A stretch of DNA of 62,080 nt, filler included, from Dirinaria sp. TL-2023a (Eukaryota): the NCBI GenBank assembly GCA_051941275.1. It is 10 parts of 10 records of this genome, joined end to end, with 100 filler letters (N's around TTAATTAATTAA, not from the genome) between each part and the next. Parts side by side here need not be neighbours in the genome. Positions count along the whole stretch, not along the records: positions 1 to 6,137 come from JAVEBF010001529.1; positions 6,238 to 12,374 come from JAVEBF010001530.1; 8 more parts are not named here. One strand, given 5' to 3'. The notes beneath the pieces were generated by a model that did not search any database, had not been told where the DNA came from, and was given only the letters and a program-made list of their open reading frames with translations. Numbering within the stretch: the stretch's first letter is position 1; each line of letters opens with the position of its first letter. Below, piece after piece: positions 1 through 10,625 of the stretch. The position numbers and the translations under genes were made by a program.

Positions 1-795
1 GTTTCCAAGCTCCAAGTGGCCGTCCTAATCACGCTGAACATATCAACGGATTTCTATTTGATGTCTATCCCATTGCCTGTGAGCAGCTTTTCATTCTCTG
101 CAAGACTTTATTTTCGCTGACCCCTTCCTAGATGATATGGAAGTCGCGCTTGGCATCTAAAAAGAAATGGGCGCTATCAGTCATGTTCAGCGGTGGCCTG
201 CTCATCATGGTATTTGGCCTTCTCCGCTGCATTCTAATCTTAATGGTAAGCCGCTGCAGTCTACCTGTTCGCCGAACCCCTATTGAACACCCGAACTAAC
301 GATCCTCAAAAGTCCGGCGCCAACGGAGCGGAACAAGCGGGCGAATGGTCGATTCGCGAATCCTTCGTAGCCGTCACAGTCAACAACCTACCGATGCTGT
401 ATTCGCTCTACCAATACCTGAGCCGCCCGCGGGACTCTGCGTCGAAATCTCCCTCGTACAAACTCGGCTCCTACCGATCGGGCGAATCCAGCAACAAGAA
501 ACACTCGAAGAAGTTCCGGCACCCGCTCAGCGTCCCCAACGACACCGCCAACGGTAGCGACGAGCGCATAGTGGTGCCTCCAGGAAGCGCAGAGTTGTAT
601 TCGATGCCGGGAGCGGTGGGTGGGAATCGGAACGATGCCGCGGTGGACGAAGAGAAAGGAATCAAGGTGCAGACCGAGCTGAGTGTACATAGTACAGAAG
701 GCGGCAGCGCTGATGAGAGGGGAGACCGGAACGGGGCTACGTATGGTTTCCCATTGCAAAGGCCGCCGCCGGGGTTCCAGCGGACGTATGCGTAG
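1..795 (+). CDS. Pth11-like (fungal rhodopsin-domain) integral membrane protein, 3' part; 5' end missing
   Basis: Exons 1-78, 132-245 and 313-795 are joined by GT-AG introns and read ...LNISTDFYLMSIPLP|MIWKSRLASKKKWALSVMFSGGLLIMVFGLLRC...WSIRESFVAVTVNNLPMLY, matching the TM5-TM7 pattern of Pth11-like proteins, followed by a Ser-rich tail. Confidence 0.85.
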
Positions 796-2830
796 AGGAC
801 GGGGTCTGACGGCAGTGCCGATCTGTATTATAGAAACGCGTGAAATGAAAGGTAATGTCTATATTGATTATGATTTCTACTACCTCGCTATCTGTTGGCT
901 CTCTTTTATTCAAAGAAGATTACTACGACATTGACCATGGAATCGCAGCGTGTTGTTTCCTATACGAAACACATCTCAACGGTCTGTTGATATCGCTGGA
1001 ACAACAGCTACAACTATCAATGACACCAACATAGTTCCGCCACCACTGCCAAGTGGACCGTGACGATTCCCTATCCCACCAGGATTGCTACCACCGACAG
1101 ACTGCCGCTCAGCATTCCTCAAACCTACCTCCCTGCTCCCAGCAGTCGCACCATATTCCTCGTATCGATTCCCACGCACACTTAGCACCCAGACACCTTG
1201 TACTTAGAACATGCAAGCTACCTTTCACCGGCCGTCCCAAAACCCCCATAGCCGCGCTGTTCAAAACACTTGCATAGACGTTGGATGAAAGGGCTAAGAG
1301 TGTGACGTGCATAAGGATACAGATCTGTCACGTCGCCTATCTGTACGTGTGACGTCCCAGGGGAAACGGAATAACAAATCGGGCCGCACTAGACGAAAAG
1401 GGGGTTTCTGGCTGAGGGACCTGTTGCTGTTCCTGCATATACGAAAAAAGCCTATTGTTGTTTTGGAAATGTACCTTGCGCCTGCAATGCGATGCTCTCC
1501 AGTAGACCCGTTGAGATGTATGGAGAAGGAGCGCAGGAAGCGAAAAGAAAAGTAAAGTGTCAACCTGTAAATGCGCCCGTTAGCCTGGAGGTAGCAGCCG
1601 CACCACTGAGGGTGCGGCTCTGCGGCGCTGGCGAGCGCCCCAGCTCCGTTGGTTGGGGATCTGGATGTAATGCAATGCAGTAATATCTTGGGAACTAGAG
1701 AATGGGGAAAAGCTTATTGTTTATTCGGTGGTGTTCTAGAACCTTGAGGTGGGACGGACTACGGAGGATCTCCCGCCACTTGCGCTCAATAGCGTATCTT
1801 GGGCTAGGAGGCGCGAAGTTTGGATATGTGGCTACGTCATCGTTCGGGAATCTATTCTCGTGCTAGGAGCGGTGAGAACTGAGATGGCCTACTTTTGTCC
1901 TTAGTGAGAAGCGTTGGTGGTGGCGATACTGGGGAAGGTCTTCAAAGTTAATCAGTACGGAGTACTTCCTAGAAGGGCATTGACGACTCACAAAGACACA
2001 CTAGGCCATCATGACAAGAGCGTACATAGGTACCTTCTCAGTATGCAATGATTGGTGACAATTGTATCCGTACTCGACTGTCTTTCAATTCTTTTTAGAC
2101 GGTCTGCATGCACATGTCCACCTTCGGAATCATATCGGAATAATCTTAGAAAATGTCTGCGTGTCAAAGGGGCCTCAAATGCAGCACACGCAGCGAGGCG
2201 CTCATGTACACTCTGTTGGAAAATTATTAATGCCCCGAAGTTCGCATTCAATCCCTTGTGATAATCCTTATCTTATCTAGGGTTATGGACTTAGTCGATG
2301 GAGTCGAAAATTTCTCCTTCATGCCACAATTCTCTGCTAAGCGTTGAGCTGAATGTCTAGAAGTTGCTACTAAGCACACTCGCTGTACCAAGTAGAGAGT
2401 GTGCATACTTTTTGATTTACCTTTCGTTTTCTGATGCCTGCTGTTTAGTAGTGGCAGGCATCGGGGCGGCTGTTTCGTGCTGCATGTTTCCATGGGCTCA
2501 CTAAGAATGACGCCCATTTTTCCGAGCATAGGCACTTCATTCAGCCTCACTTTGTCTCGTTCGACCAGTTATGATCGTTTGCCTTCTCGCAGCTTCTCTC
2601 TTGTCGAAACGATCAGTCTGTGATGTCGTGGGTGACCTCGACTTTAAGAAGATTTGCTAACATAGCGAAGTGCTCGAGCTCTGGATATGTCCACTTCTGG
2701 GAGCATTGTCTCAAATTTGATTCAGATCCACGTCTTTTCCCCAGCTTTGACACGGATGGAATTGCTGAGTTCCATATCGAGTATTTTAAGTGATGGAGCT
2801 GCAGAAGCTATCTTTTAGAGCATTTCGGCG

Positions 2831-3565
2831 CTAAACACTCGAAGTACTCAAATATCTATCCACACTTTCTATAAACTCCTCAACTTGCAAGATCGGTCCA
2901 TCCTCGAATTTCTTATCGTGTTCACTGGCTAAGAAAGTCAAGTGAACATAGCTATCGGACCAAATCTGCCTCCAGAGCTGCTCCTTTTCACAACCACCAA
3001 GCCGGGCACTTGCTGTAAGGCAAAGTGAAGGGTGGTTTTCCAGCAAGACTTGCGCTGCTCTGAGAACCGTTTTCATTGGTCTGGCTTCGAAAAGAAACAG
3101 AAAATCCGAGCTGTCTGCATATACATTTAATCTCCTCAAATTAGAGAATTGTAATGCCACGTCGGGAGCAGAAGACAACGACAGGTGGCGATTAACTCTA
3201 AAATCCAGGTTCAGATAGCGGATGAAGGCTGCATTTCTAGGACCGATGCATTCCGCAAAATTCGGTTTAGGTCCGAGGGCCTTAATGTGAAAGAGGTTTT
3301 CGGAGTACAGGACAAAGCTTGCTTCAGCAGAGATGGACTTGCAGGTGCGTAAAAGAGGTAACGCGAGGCTAAAATCGGTCCGCTCGGATGTCTTGCATCG
3401 GGGAAATTGGAGGCGCCGATCCATGATGATAATCTGATCTTCAGGCTCGTAAAGAGTCCCTTCACATCTGAATTTGAAAAGAAGAGCGTAGATCTTGAGA
3501 CGGATCTCGACTGGCAGAGGGATTGGGCAGTCCGATGGATGGCGTTGGGAGGCCATGGAGCGCAA
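2831..3565 (-). CDS. Hypothetical protein with F-box-like N-terminal motif
   Basis: Intronless 244-aa ORF. LPVEIRLKIYALL and LLRTCKSISAEASFVLYSENLF follow the common fungal LPxEIRxxIY...LLxTCxxIxxEAxxxLYxxNxF family pattern. Confidence 0.7.
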   Translation of the reverse strand: MRSMASQRHPSDCPIPLPVEIRLKIYALLFKFRCEGTLYEPEDQIIIMDRRLQFPRCKTSERTDFSLALPLLRTCKSISAEASFVLYSENLFHIKALGPKPNFAECIGPRNAAFIRYLNLDFRVNRHLSLSSAPDVALQFSNLRRLNVYADSSDFLFLFEARPMKTVLRAAQVLLENHPSLCLTASARLGGCEKEQLWRQIWSDSYVHLTFLASEHDKKFEDGPILQVEEFIESVDRYLSTSSV

Positions 3566-4541
3566 GACGAGCGGAAAGTAATGCTTGCGTCAGCCAGCAG
3601 ATGTACGCAACGTCTAACCACGTCCGCCCGGGTGCGAACCCTCGAGTCAACGATAGAGGCCGCGATGCGTTACAAGCCTGCAGGGGATGGAAGAAATGGA
3701 ACACTAAGGCTTTAGGAGAGCGGCTCTTCAGACTTATGAACACAAGTCATTCAAAAGTCATCTTCACTCGTTTATCGAGCCAGAGTGATTCCTTACTTTA
3801 GCAATTATGGTGGGTGATGGAAAGATTGACAGCTTGATGGGGCGCTCTCGGTTAGGCTTGGGGCACGGGAATGCCGGCCCGAGGGCTATCGATCGCTCTC
3901 AGGTCCTGTTCAAATTCGAATGGTCCTTCATTCAAGTAATTAAATCAACGCCATTAGTACATCCCTAGATCCTCATGTGAGGGAATATCTATTCCACGTT
4001 TACTTGAACCGTCATCTTCATATTTATTGCATACGCAATCCTATCGGAACCAGCGAGTGCACAGGGAAACGGCGGAGGCTTTTCCGTGCAAGGCATACCT
4101 GGCGAACAAAATAAACCTGGCGAAAATAAGATTACAAGGCGTCGAGGTGAAGGATCCTCCGTTTCAGCATCAGCTGCTTATCAAAAACAAGCTTAATGAT
4201 CTTAATGGCCGTGATAAGCGATGGGGTAATCAAAATGGTGATAGTAGTGAAAGGGACACGAACCACCGAATAATAATTCAAAATGGGAGGCGTGGCGCCC
4301 GTCATCTGCGACTATGTGGCCCAGTGGGTAGGCTGTAATGGATCCTTGAGGAATCCAGGCTATTCCTGAGCAATTCCACTTCAAATATGGACACATCAGT
4401 AAGAAACCGGCCTTCTTGACTTTCATTTCGCTTTTCTTTCTTTCTGAAGATTTTCAAGAGTTGCACCGGCGTTACGGCATGTCGGAAGCCTTACAATAAG
4501 ACTACTTCACCTCAATCGAATTGCCTGTGTCCCACTCTCCG

Positions 4542-5508
4542 ATGTCATATTCAATCCTGCTCGTTACATGCTTTCTTCCTCTTGTCTTTTCGACTTCGTG
4601 TTATGTTCCCGATGGCACCATAGCCTCAGACCAGCCTTGTCCAGGGTCACACACCTGCTGCAGCACTTCAGGCGTATGCCTCTCGAATGGATTCTGCCTG
4701 CAAGACATGGTGCTCTCGCGTGGGTCCTGCACGGACCGGAGCTGGAAGAGCTGTCCTTCACAATGCAAAAAGGGTACGCTGCTGATCCCGAACGCTACTT
4801 GATTATGATAAGAAAGAACGAATTGCATAGAGGCGTTCTTATACTGATCCTCTTTTTTGAGCAGTAAATCCTTCCGGAGGGGCACAGCTTGCTTCATGTT
4901 TCCCTGGAAAATGGTCCTGCGACCCTTCAACGTGCGCGACGGCCAATTTCTCGCTCCCGAACGGTGACGTCGTTGCACGAGACTCGGACCCGAGCCCCAG
5001 CGCGACCAGCTGCAGCCCATCCGTAGGCACCGAGACCGTCTTTGTCACTCCTCCTGCTCTCGCCTCCGTCGCCGCAACGGGCCAGGAGAAGCCATGCACG
5101 AGTAAGGCAAAGCGCACCGCTGATATGGCAATCGTAGGTATTTCTGTGGGTATGCCCTTGGCCATAGTTGCGCTTGTGGCATGGGTGATGGTTCTGAAGG
5201 AGAGAGCGCAGAGCCGGAGGACTAGAGATGAGAAAGAGCAGATGGAGCGTGAGTTACTCAAGGCGCAGACGGGGAATGAGGAGAGGTTGAGGCGGAGGTA
5301 CGAGATGAGGTCCGGAACCAAGTCTCCTGCAATTGTGGAATGGTACGAAAAGAGCGCGGGTCCATTTTCAGTGGGAAGGAATGAGCTCGACCATGGAGCG
5401 GATGGAAGGGACAGGCAGAGGCATGAGATGAGGTCGAATTCTATATCTCCGGTTATTGTGGAGAGATATGAGAAAAGCGCCAGTCCCGTACCGAAGAGGC
5501 AGAGATGA
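4542..5508 (+). CDS. Single-pass membrane protein with signal peptide and Cys-rich ectodomain (Mid2-like architecture)
   Basis: Exons 4542-4773 and 4865-5508 (intron GTACGC...GAGCAG). Signal peptide, then CYVPDG..PC..CC..CLSNGFC..RGSCT..CPSQC, a Ser/Thr/Pro stalk, TM helix IVGISVGMPLAIVALVAWVMVL and a charged tail. Confidence 0.8.
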
Positions 5509-5773
5509 ACTTGATATCAAGGTAGCTACGAGGAAGGTATCAAAGTCAAACAGTCATCCCATCATTGTATTAAGGTGATTTTGGAAGAAGCGGGTAAAAT
5601 TTCGAGTCGTTGTCAATACTTGAGCAGGATAAAGTTCATAGTAGCTTCCGAGCTCGGAATCAATATCTTCCACCTCTAATTTCAATGATGAGACATGAAA
5701 CACACAGCCAGGATCGCAGTTATGAATCTTCTCTCTTTACTCAGCATGCAGTCAACCTAGCAACATTTCTTTC

Positions 5774-6137
5774 CTACTCCTCCGTCAATTCAAACCGGCC
5801 ATCCTTCTCCCATGCCCGAATCACCTCATCGAGATCGAGAAGGGTTCCGTCAGCCTCCTCTACGCAGTGATCTTCGCTCGCGACAAAAGTGACATGCATC
5901 ACTTCGACGGTTGGAACTGCGGGATGTGTTATGTAATGTGTTGGGCGGGTGAGCACGCCATAGCCCATACGCTCCTTAGTCGCAATGTAGCGCAGAGTAG
6001 GGTGTGTCGCGAGTAGTCCTTTCGCGAATTTTAGAAATTGATGTATCTGATTAAATCGGTCGCCAGTCCCTTCGACTAAGATCTTCATGTTCACCCTTGC
6101 CAAGCCAGACATTGCTGTAAATAATCCTCCAAGTCTC
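5774..6137 (-). CDS. C-terminal part of a hypothetical protein, paralog of 2831-3565; 5' end missing
   Basis: LLATHPTL...HVTFVASEDH...DGTLLDLDEVI aligns by eye with LLENHPSL...HLTFLASEHD...DGPILQVEEFI of 2831-3565. Confidence 0.6.
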
Positions 6138-6237
6138 NNNNNNNNNNNNNNNNNNNNNNNNNNNNNNNNNNNNNNNNNNNNTTAATTAATTAANNNNNNN
6201 NNNNNNNNNNNNNNNNNNNNNNNNNNNNNNNNNNNNN
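6138..6237. other. Artificial contig linker (N44-TTAATTAATTAA-N44); also at 12375-12474, 18598-18697, 24819-24918, 31036-31135, 37251-37350, 43463-43562, 49670-49769 and 55876-55975
   Basis: Nine identical 100-nt spacers with stops in all six frames. The flanking contigs run 6137, 6137, 6123, 6121, 6117, 6115, 6112, 6107, 6106 and 6105 nt, i.e. sorted by size. Confidence 0.99.
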
Positions 6238-6265
6238 ACAAAAAAAAAAAAAAAAAATCTGAATG

Positions 6266-9200
6266 TCAGTACTCGAAATCATCATCCACACTCGGCCCCT
6301 TATTCCTGGTGACGCTCTCCTGCTTCTGATACATCTCGACCACCATGCGGCTGGCCGTCGCCTCCTCGGTCTTCTTGTCCTCCCTCTCCTTGATGAAGCG
6401 GGGAAACCGCAAACTGATGCCGCGACCCGTGGGATCGTGGAGGGAATCGGCGCCGGCCCTGTAGCGCGGGCTGAGGGTGAGGTCGGCGGTCTTGACCTCC
6501 CAGACGAAGCGGGGCTCGAACCAGACGTCGGGCTGGTCCTTGGGGACGGCGGAGTGGGCGTAGAAGGGTTTGGGTTTGTCGATGGTGTGCCGGCTCAGCT
6601 TCGCGTGCAAGGACTCGAGTATGGCTTCGGAGAAGCCCGTGCCGATGTTGCAGACCGTCTCGTAGATCTGCTTGCTCGTGCTGTAGCACGCGAGCAGGAA
6701 GGCGCCGTAGACCGACGTGCGCTTGCCTTTGCCGTAGTAGGCGCCCAGCACGACCAGGTCGAGCGAGTCCCCCACGCCGCTCAGGTAGTCTTTCTTCACT
6801 TTCAGCCAGTTGCGGCTCCGCTTGCTCGGCTCGTACCCGGATTCTTCCGTGTCGAGCATCTTCACCATGAGTCCTTCGCAGGAGGCTTTCATGCTCTCGT
6901 CCAGGAGAATCTGGATTTCTTCGAGCTCCGAGGTGTCTCCGTACTGGGCAAAGGCGAATTCACCTTCAACCGGAACGAAGGCTTTGTGAAGAATATCGCG
7001 GCGTTCGCGGAAAGACTTCTCTACGACGGACTGTGACCGACTAATCAGTAGACGTAGAAAGAAGAGAGTTGATGCCGACTTACCTCGCCGTTGTAGAACA
7101 GCATGTCGAACGCAAAGACTTTGACTTTGACTTTGATGTCTTCCGCTTTGACATCCTTTCTCTTCCGCGTCTGAAGCTGTTGGAAAGGCAAGACCTTCTT
7201 TTGCTCCGTGTCCCAGGCTACCGTCTCGCAATCCAACACGAAGCTCTTTGTGTCCGACTTGACAAAGGTGTGGAGCTTAGCAAGAACGTCGGGGTACTTC
7301 TTCGAGAGATCTTCCGAGTTGCGAGAGAAAATAGCTGATAGGCCTCGACCATTCTTGTTGGAACCCGGTGCGCTGCTCCCGTACTGTTGGGGCGAGTCTT
7401 CTGCAACGTAGTGGATCTGGGCTCGCTCTCCATCATACTTGTACTCGCAGGTGAAGTTCTTGCCTTCGAAGCGGTCTAGGACCTCAGTGATCGATTTTGT
7501 AGGCTTCGCAAGCATGGGCTTCAGAGGAACACCAGGCTGCAACTTGCAGTTCTCACGTAGCTTGAAGATACCATGTTCGAGCATGGCGGAGATGATCACT
7601 TCATAGCTGGGAAGCTCACTGTCACAATCTTAGCAAGGTGCAGGAGCCTACAATACAATGCGTACCTATAGACCGTCTTGAGCACTGCTTCACCCTTTGC
7701 CAGCTGTTCACTACTCGGCACCTTATTCCCCTTCTTCTCAATCTCGTGCGCAACTATTGCATGCGATAGAGCTACAAGAACAGTCTTCTCTGCTAAGCCA
7801 AGACGCAATTTGCCCTCGAGGAAGCGCACGATGAATTTGGCTTCGCTCGCGCCGCCTTTATCTTTAGTGATGTCGACACCTTTGGACCCTTTTCCAGCTA
7901 GTGCCGCGTCCGCTGCAGAGAGCAGTTTCTTGATGCCGGCAATCTTTCTTCCTTGGGAACCTTCGCCAGATACTGTGGCAATGTTCATCAGGCCGTCACG
8001 AACACCCTTCACTGTTAGAGCTTTGGGTTTGAACATTGTCGGCTGATTCGATCTACTCTTGGCAGCAACAAGTCCAAGATCGCCTATCTCATTCTGGTCG
8101 GCCTTGATGACCTGCAAGCTTCTTCCGGTAGTCTCGCCGATGGCTTTCATGATCAGTGATTCGCCAATGCCGAGTTCAATACCCGCATAATCGGGAGCTA
8201 GCTTATTGATCATCAGGTGGATAGTAGGAAGCAGGTCATCAGGCGTAAGACGAAGAACCTGTCTCAAGAAAGCGGCACAGTGAGCCGAGATGACAAGACG
8301 CTTGGTCGTCAGCTCAATAAGCGAAAAGGTAGTGCACAGAGCTGCGTATGGGACGGGTTCGCCGGCTTTCCAGTCGGGGAAAGGGTCTTTGGCGCTGCCT
8401 TTGAGAGTTGACTGCACCTTTTCTCGAGCCTTGGCCGCAACCTCGGGTTTATCCTCGTCCTCTTCTGAATCTGCATCCTCATCTTCCAATTCAGACGCAG
8501 AAGCGGCATCTTCTGCGGCTGGCTTATTGCCCAAACTCTCAGCACTCGAGGGCACCTTCATTGCAGGTTGAACGTCGTTGGTATCTTCGTCGCTTGCCAC
8601 TTGCTCTTGTGGAGATGCTGCTTGGCCTTTTGAAGTAGCTTGCGCGGACTTGGAAGCTGCTCTGTCAGGCTTAGGGATGAAATCTGTTTTCTTCTGAGTG
8701 GATGTTTTCGCGGGGGCTGTCTTCGCTTTGGATGAAGCATTCTTGTTAGACTTCTTGTCTAATTTAGCTGTGTCAGCCCGTCTTGGTCGCTTCTTCACCG
8801 GCTCTTCGTCTTCTTCTTCTGAATCTTCATTGACTTCGAGCAAATGTCAGTCTCGGTTACGGCTAAATAGTAGATGAATGCGCCTGAGACACGCTCGAGT
8901 CGTACCTTTCACTCCTTCGGCCGCAGTATCTTTGGCCTTACCAACATGATCGTCTGCAGAAGATTCACTGTCAGTAAGGATAGTAGTTTCAGGCTCGTCT
9001 GCCATCTGAAAATCGCCGTCGGTGTCTTCATCCTTGACCGTACCAGATATCGTACGCTTCTTCCCAGGTTGCAAGTCTTCCTCGTCAGCATCTTCCTTCT
9101 TAGATTTAGTTGACTCTTTAGATTTCCCGAAAGCTAGAGTCGACTGTTGCTTGGCTTTTGGGTCATTGGGGTTTCCGAAGAATTTGCTAGACGACGAATC

Positions 9201-9303
9201 CAGGTCAGTGATCGAGGCTCGAAGAAGAGTTACACAGGGGAATGCACCCCAGAGTTTGCTGCGATGACTTGACATACCCTAAAGTCGCCTGTTTTGGAGG
9301 CAT
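6266..9303 (-). CDS. CDC9: ATP-dependent DNA ligase I (Cdc9/Cdc17)
   Basis: Spliced gene starting MPPKQATLG|KFFG (PIP box). It has an acidic N-terminal region, the DNA-binding domain (LGIGESLIMKAI), the adenylation motif EYKYDGERAQIH, CEGLMVK, the OB fold (DSLDLVVLGAYYGKGKR) and the motif ISLRFPRFIKEREDK. Confidence 0.97.
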
Positions 9304-9486
9304 CTTTGCAAGGGATTTGTGCACTCGAGGAGCTTCTTGGATACCAATATGCTTCCAGTAGATTCCTGTTGCTCTGGACAGAGTTGTGGTGGATATGCAC
9401 CATGAAGCTGATCGAGGAAGGATGAAGGAAGAAAGGAATGGGGAAGCAAATCTGCTGGTCTTATAAAAGTTGAATACGGCCACGGT

Positions 9487-9493
9487 CGCGAAA
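9487..9493 (+). promoter_or_regulatory. SCB/MCB-type cell-cycle element CGCGAAA upstream of DNA ligase I
   Basis: CGCGAAA lies about 185 nt upstream of the ligase ATG. Yeast CDC9 is a G1/S MBF target. The motif is short, so a chance match is possible. Confidence 0.4.
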
Positions 9494-10374
9494 CAATCGT
9501 AATTTAGGTGGTTGCTGCCCAACTTTGCCCGTGATACTTCGTATACTACCAGTATATATTTCACCTAATGTGAACAGTTGGCGCAAAACGTTTGCAAAGA
9601 CCCTTGATCTAGACTCTTTTTGAGCACTACTGCAGACTGCACAGAAGACACTGATTCACAAAGGGATATTGGTCCAGCCAGAACCCATGAAAACTCCTTA
9701 CAAGTAACCTGTGGACCTTTCCGGCTCTCCTCAACCCGAGAGAAGGCGATCTTCAAATCTCAATGCCAACACTGAGAAGGTTTTCTGCAGGTTTCCTGCT
9801 CTAATAAAAGCCTTCAGTCTTGGGTTCTAGGCGTCGTGAATGGTTCCGATATGCAAGCACTGATGTAGTAGACAACTACCTTGCCGACTTAGAAACCTGG
9901 CTTGATATGTCTCTGATGATCAAGTCTACGGCTCTCGAGATCAACGTCGTTGGGTGTCTGGATCCAAATGTGATGACTAGATCGCATCTTCTCTCACAAC
10001 TGCTTGTAAAAGCAAGGTATGTGACCTGGATAATGAAGGCACAGACGCCTCTATATGCAAGCAGTGGCAGTTCGTCTCAGTCATGAGAGTCATCTGTACT
10101 GTACTCCACAAATATTCACGAAATACAGGGCCTTTAGCAAGTAATCGAATGATCTTTTGTCCGAAACTGAAATGACATGAGATCAGTTTCTTAAGACAGC
10201 ACTGTTACAGGGGAAAAAAAAATAGTCTTCTAAAAAGGATCCTACAAGACTAGAGACACTTACTGGCATCAGAAATCGAAACGAAAGAAAGGCTAAATAG
10301 GAAGGTCTACCCACTATATGTAGTATTCATTGATATTGAAAGGCAACAGCGACAGTTGCCCCCCCTTTGTCATC

Positions 10375-10385
10375 ACGCGACGCGT
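10375..10385. promoter_or_regulatory. Overlapping MCB-like elements ACGCGACGCGT in the divergent CDC9/AAT intergenic region
   Basis: ACGCGA (10375-10380) overlaps a perfect MluI box ACGCGT (10380-10385). Confidence 0.4.
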
Positions 10386-10625
10386 AAAGTAACGTGATTC
10401 CATCATACCCGTCCTACGGTCCTACCCTAATCAGGCAGCAAACCCTAAATCCAACCCTTACTCTATCGGCAACGATCCCGAGGTCTCGGTTTTATTCTCC
10501 GAAAGTACAGAATATAATGTATGCAAGATCCCTCGGGTCAGAGGAAGTGGGAGAAAGGATGATTAATTTTCTTCCTGCATGCATAAGACGATGACATAGG
10601 TAGTGACCTCTCATCTGCCTGACTC

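Noticed and set aside
1275..1356. Cluster of ACGT/TGACGT (CRE-like) sites
   Set aside because: No convincing gene start lies nearby and the motifs are short.
6263..7036. 257-aa plus-strand ORF, and similar long overlapping ORFs at 11187-12076
   Set aside because: These are antisense or alternate-frame shadows of GC3-rich ligase and aminotransferase exons, with no independent motifs.
10420..10460. Three CCCTAA/CCCTTA telomere-like hexamers
   Set aside because: They are dispersed rather than tandem and lie inside a promoter, so this is not a telomere; a telobox role cannot be supported.
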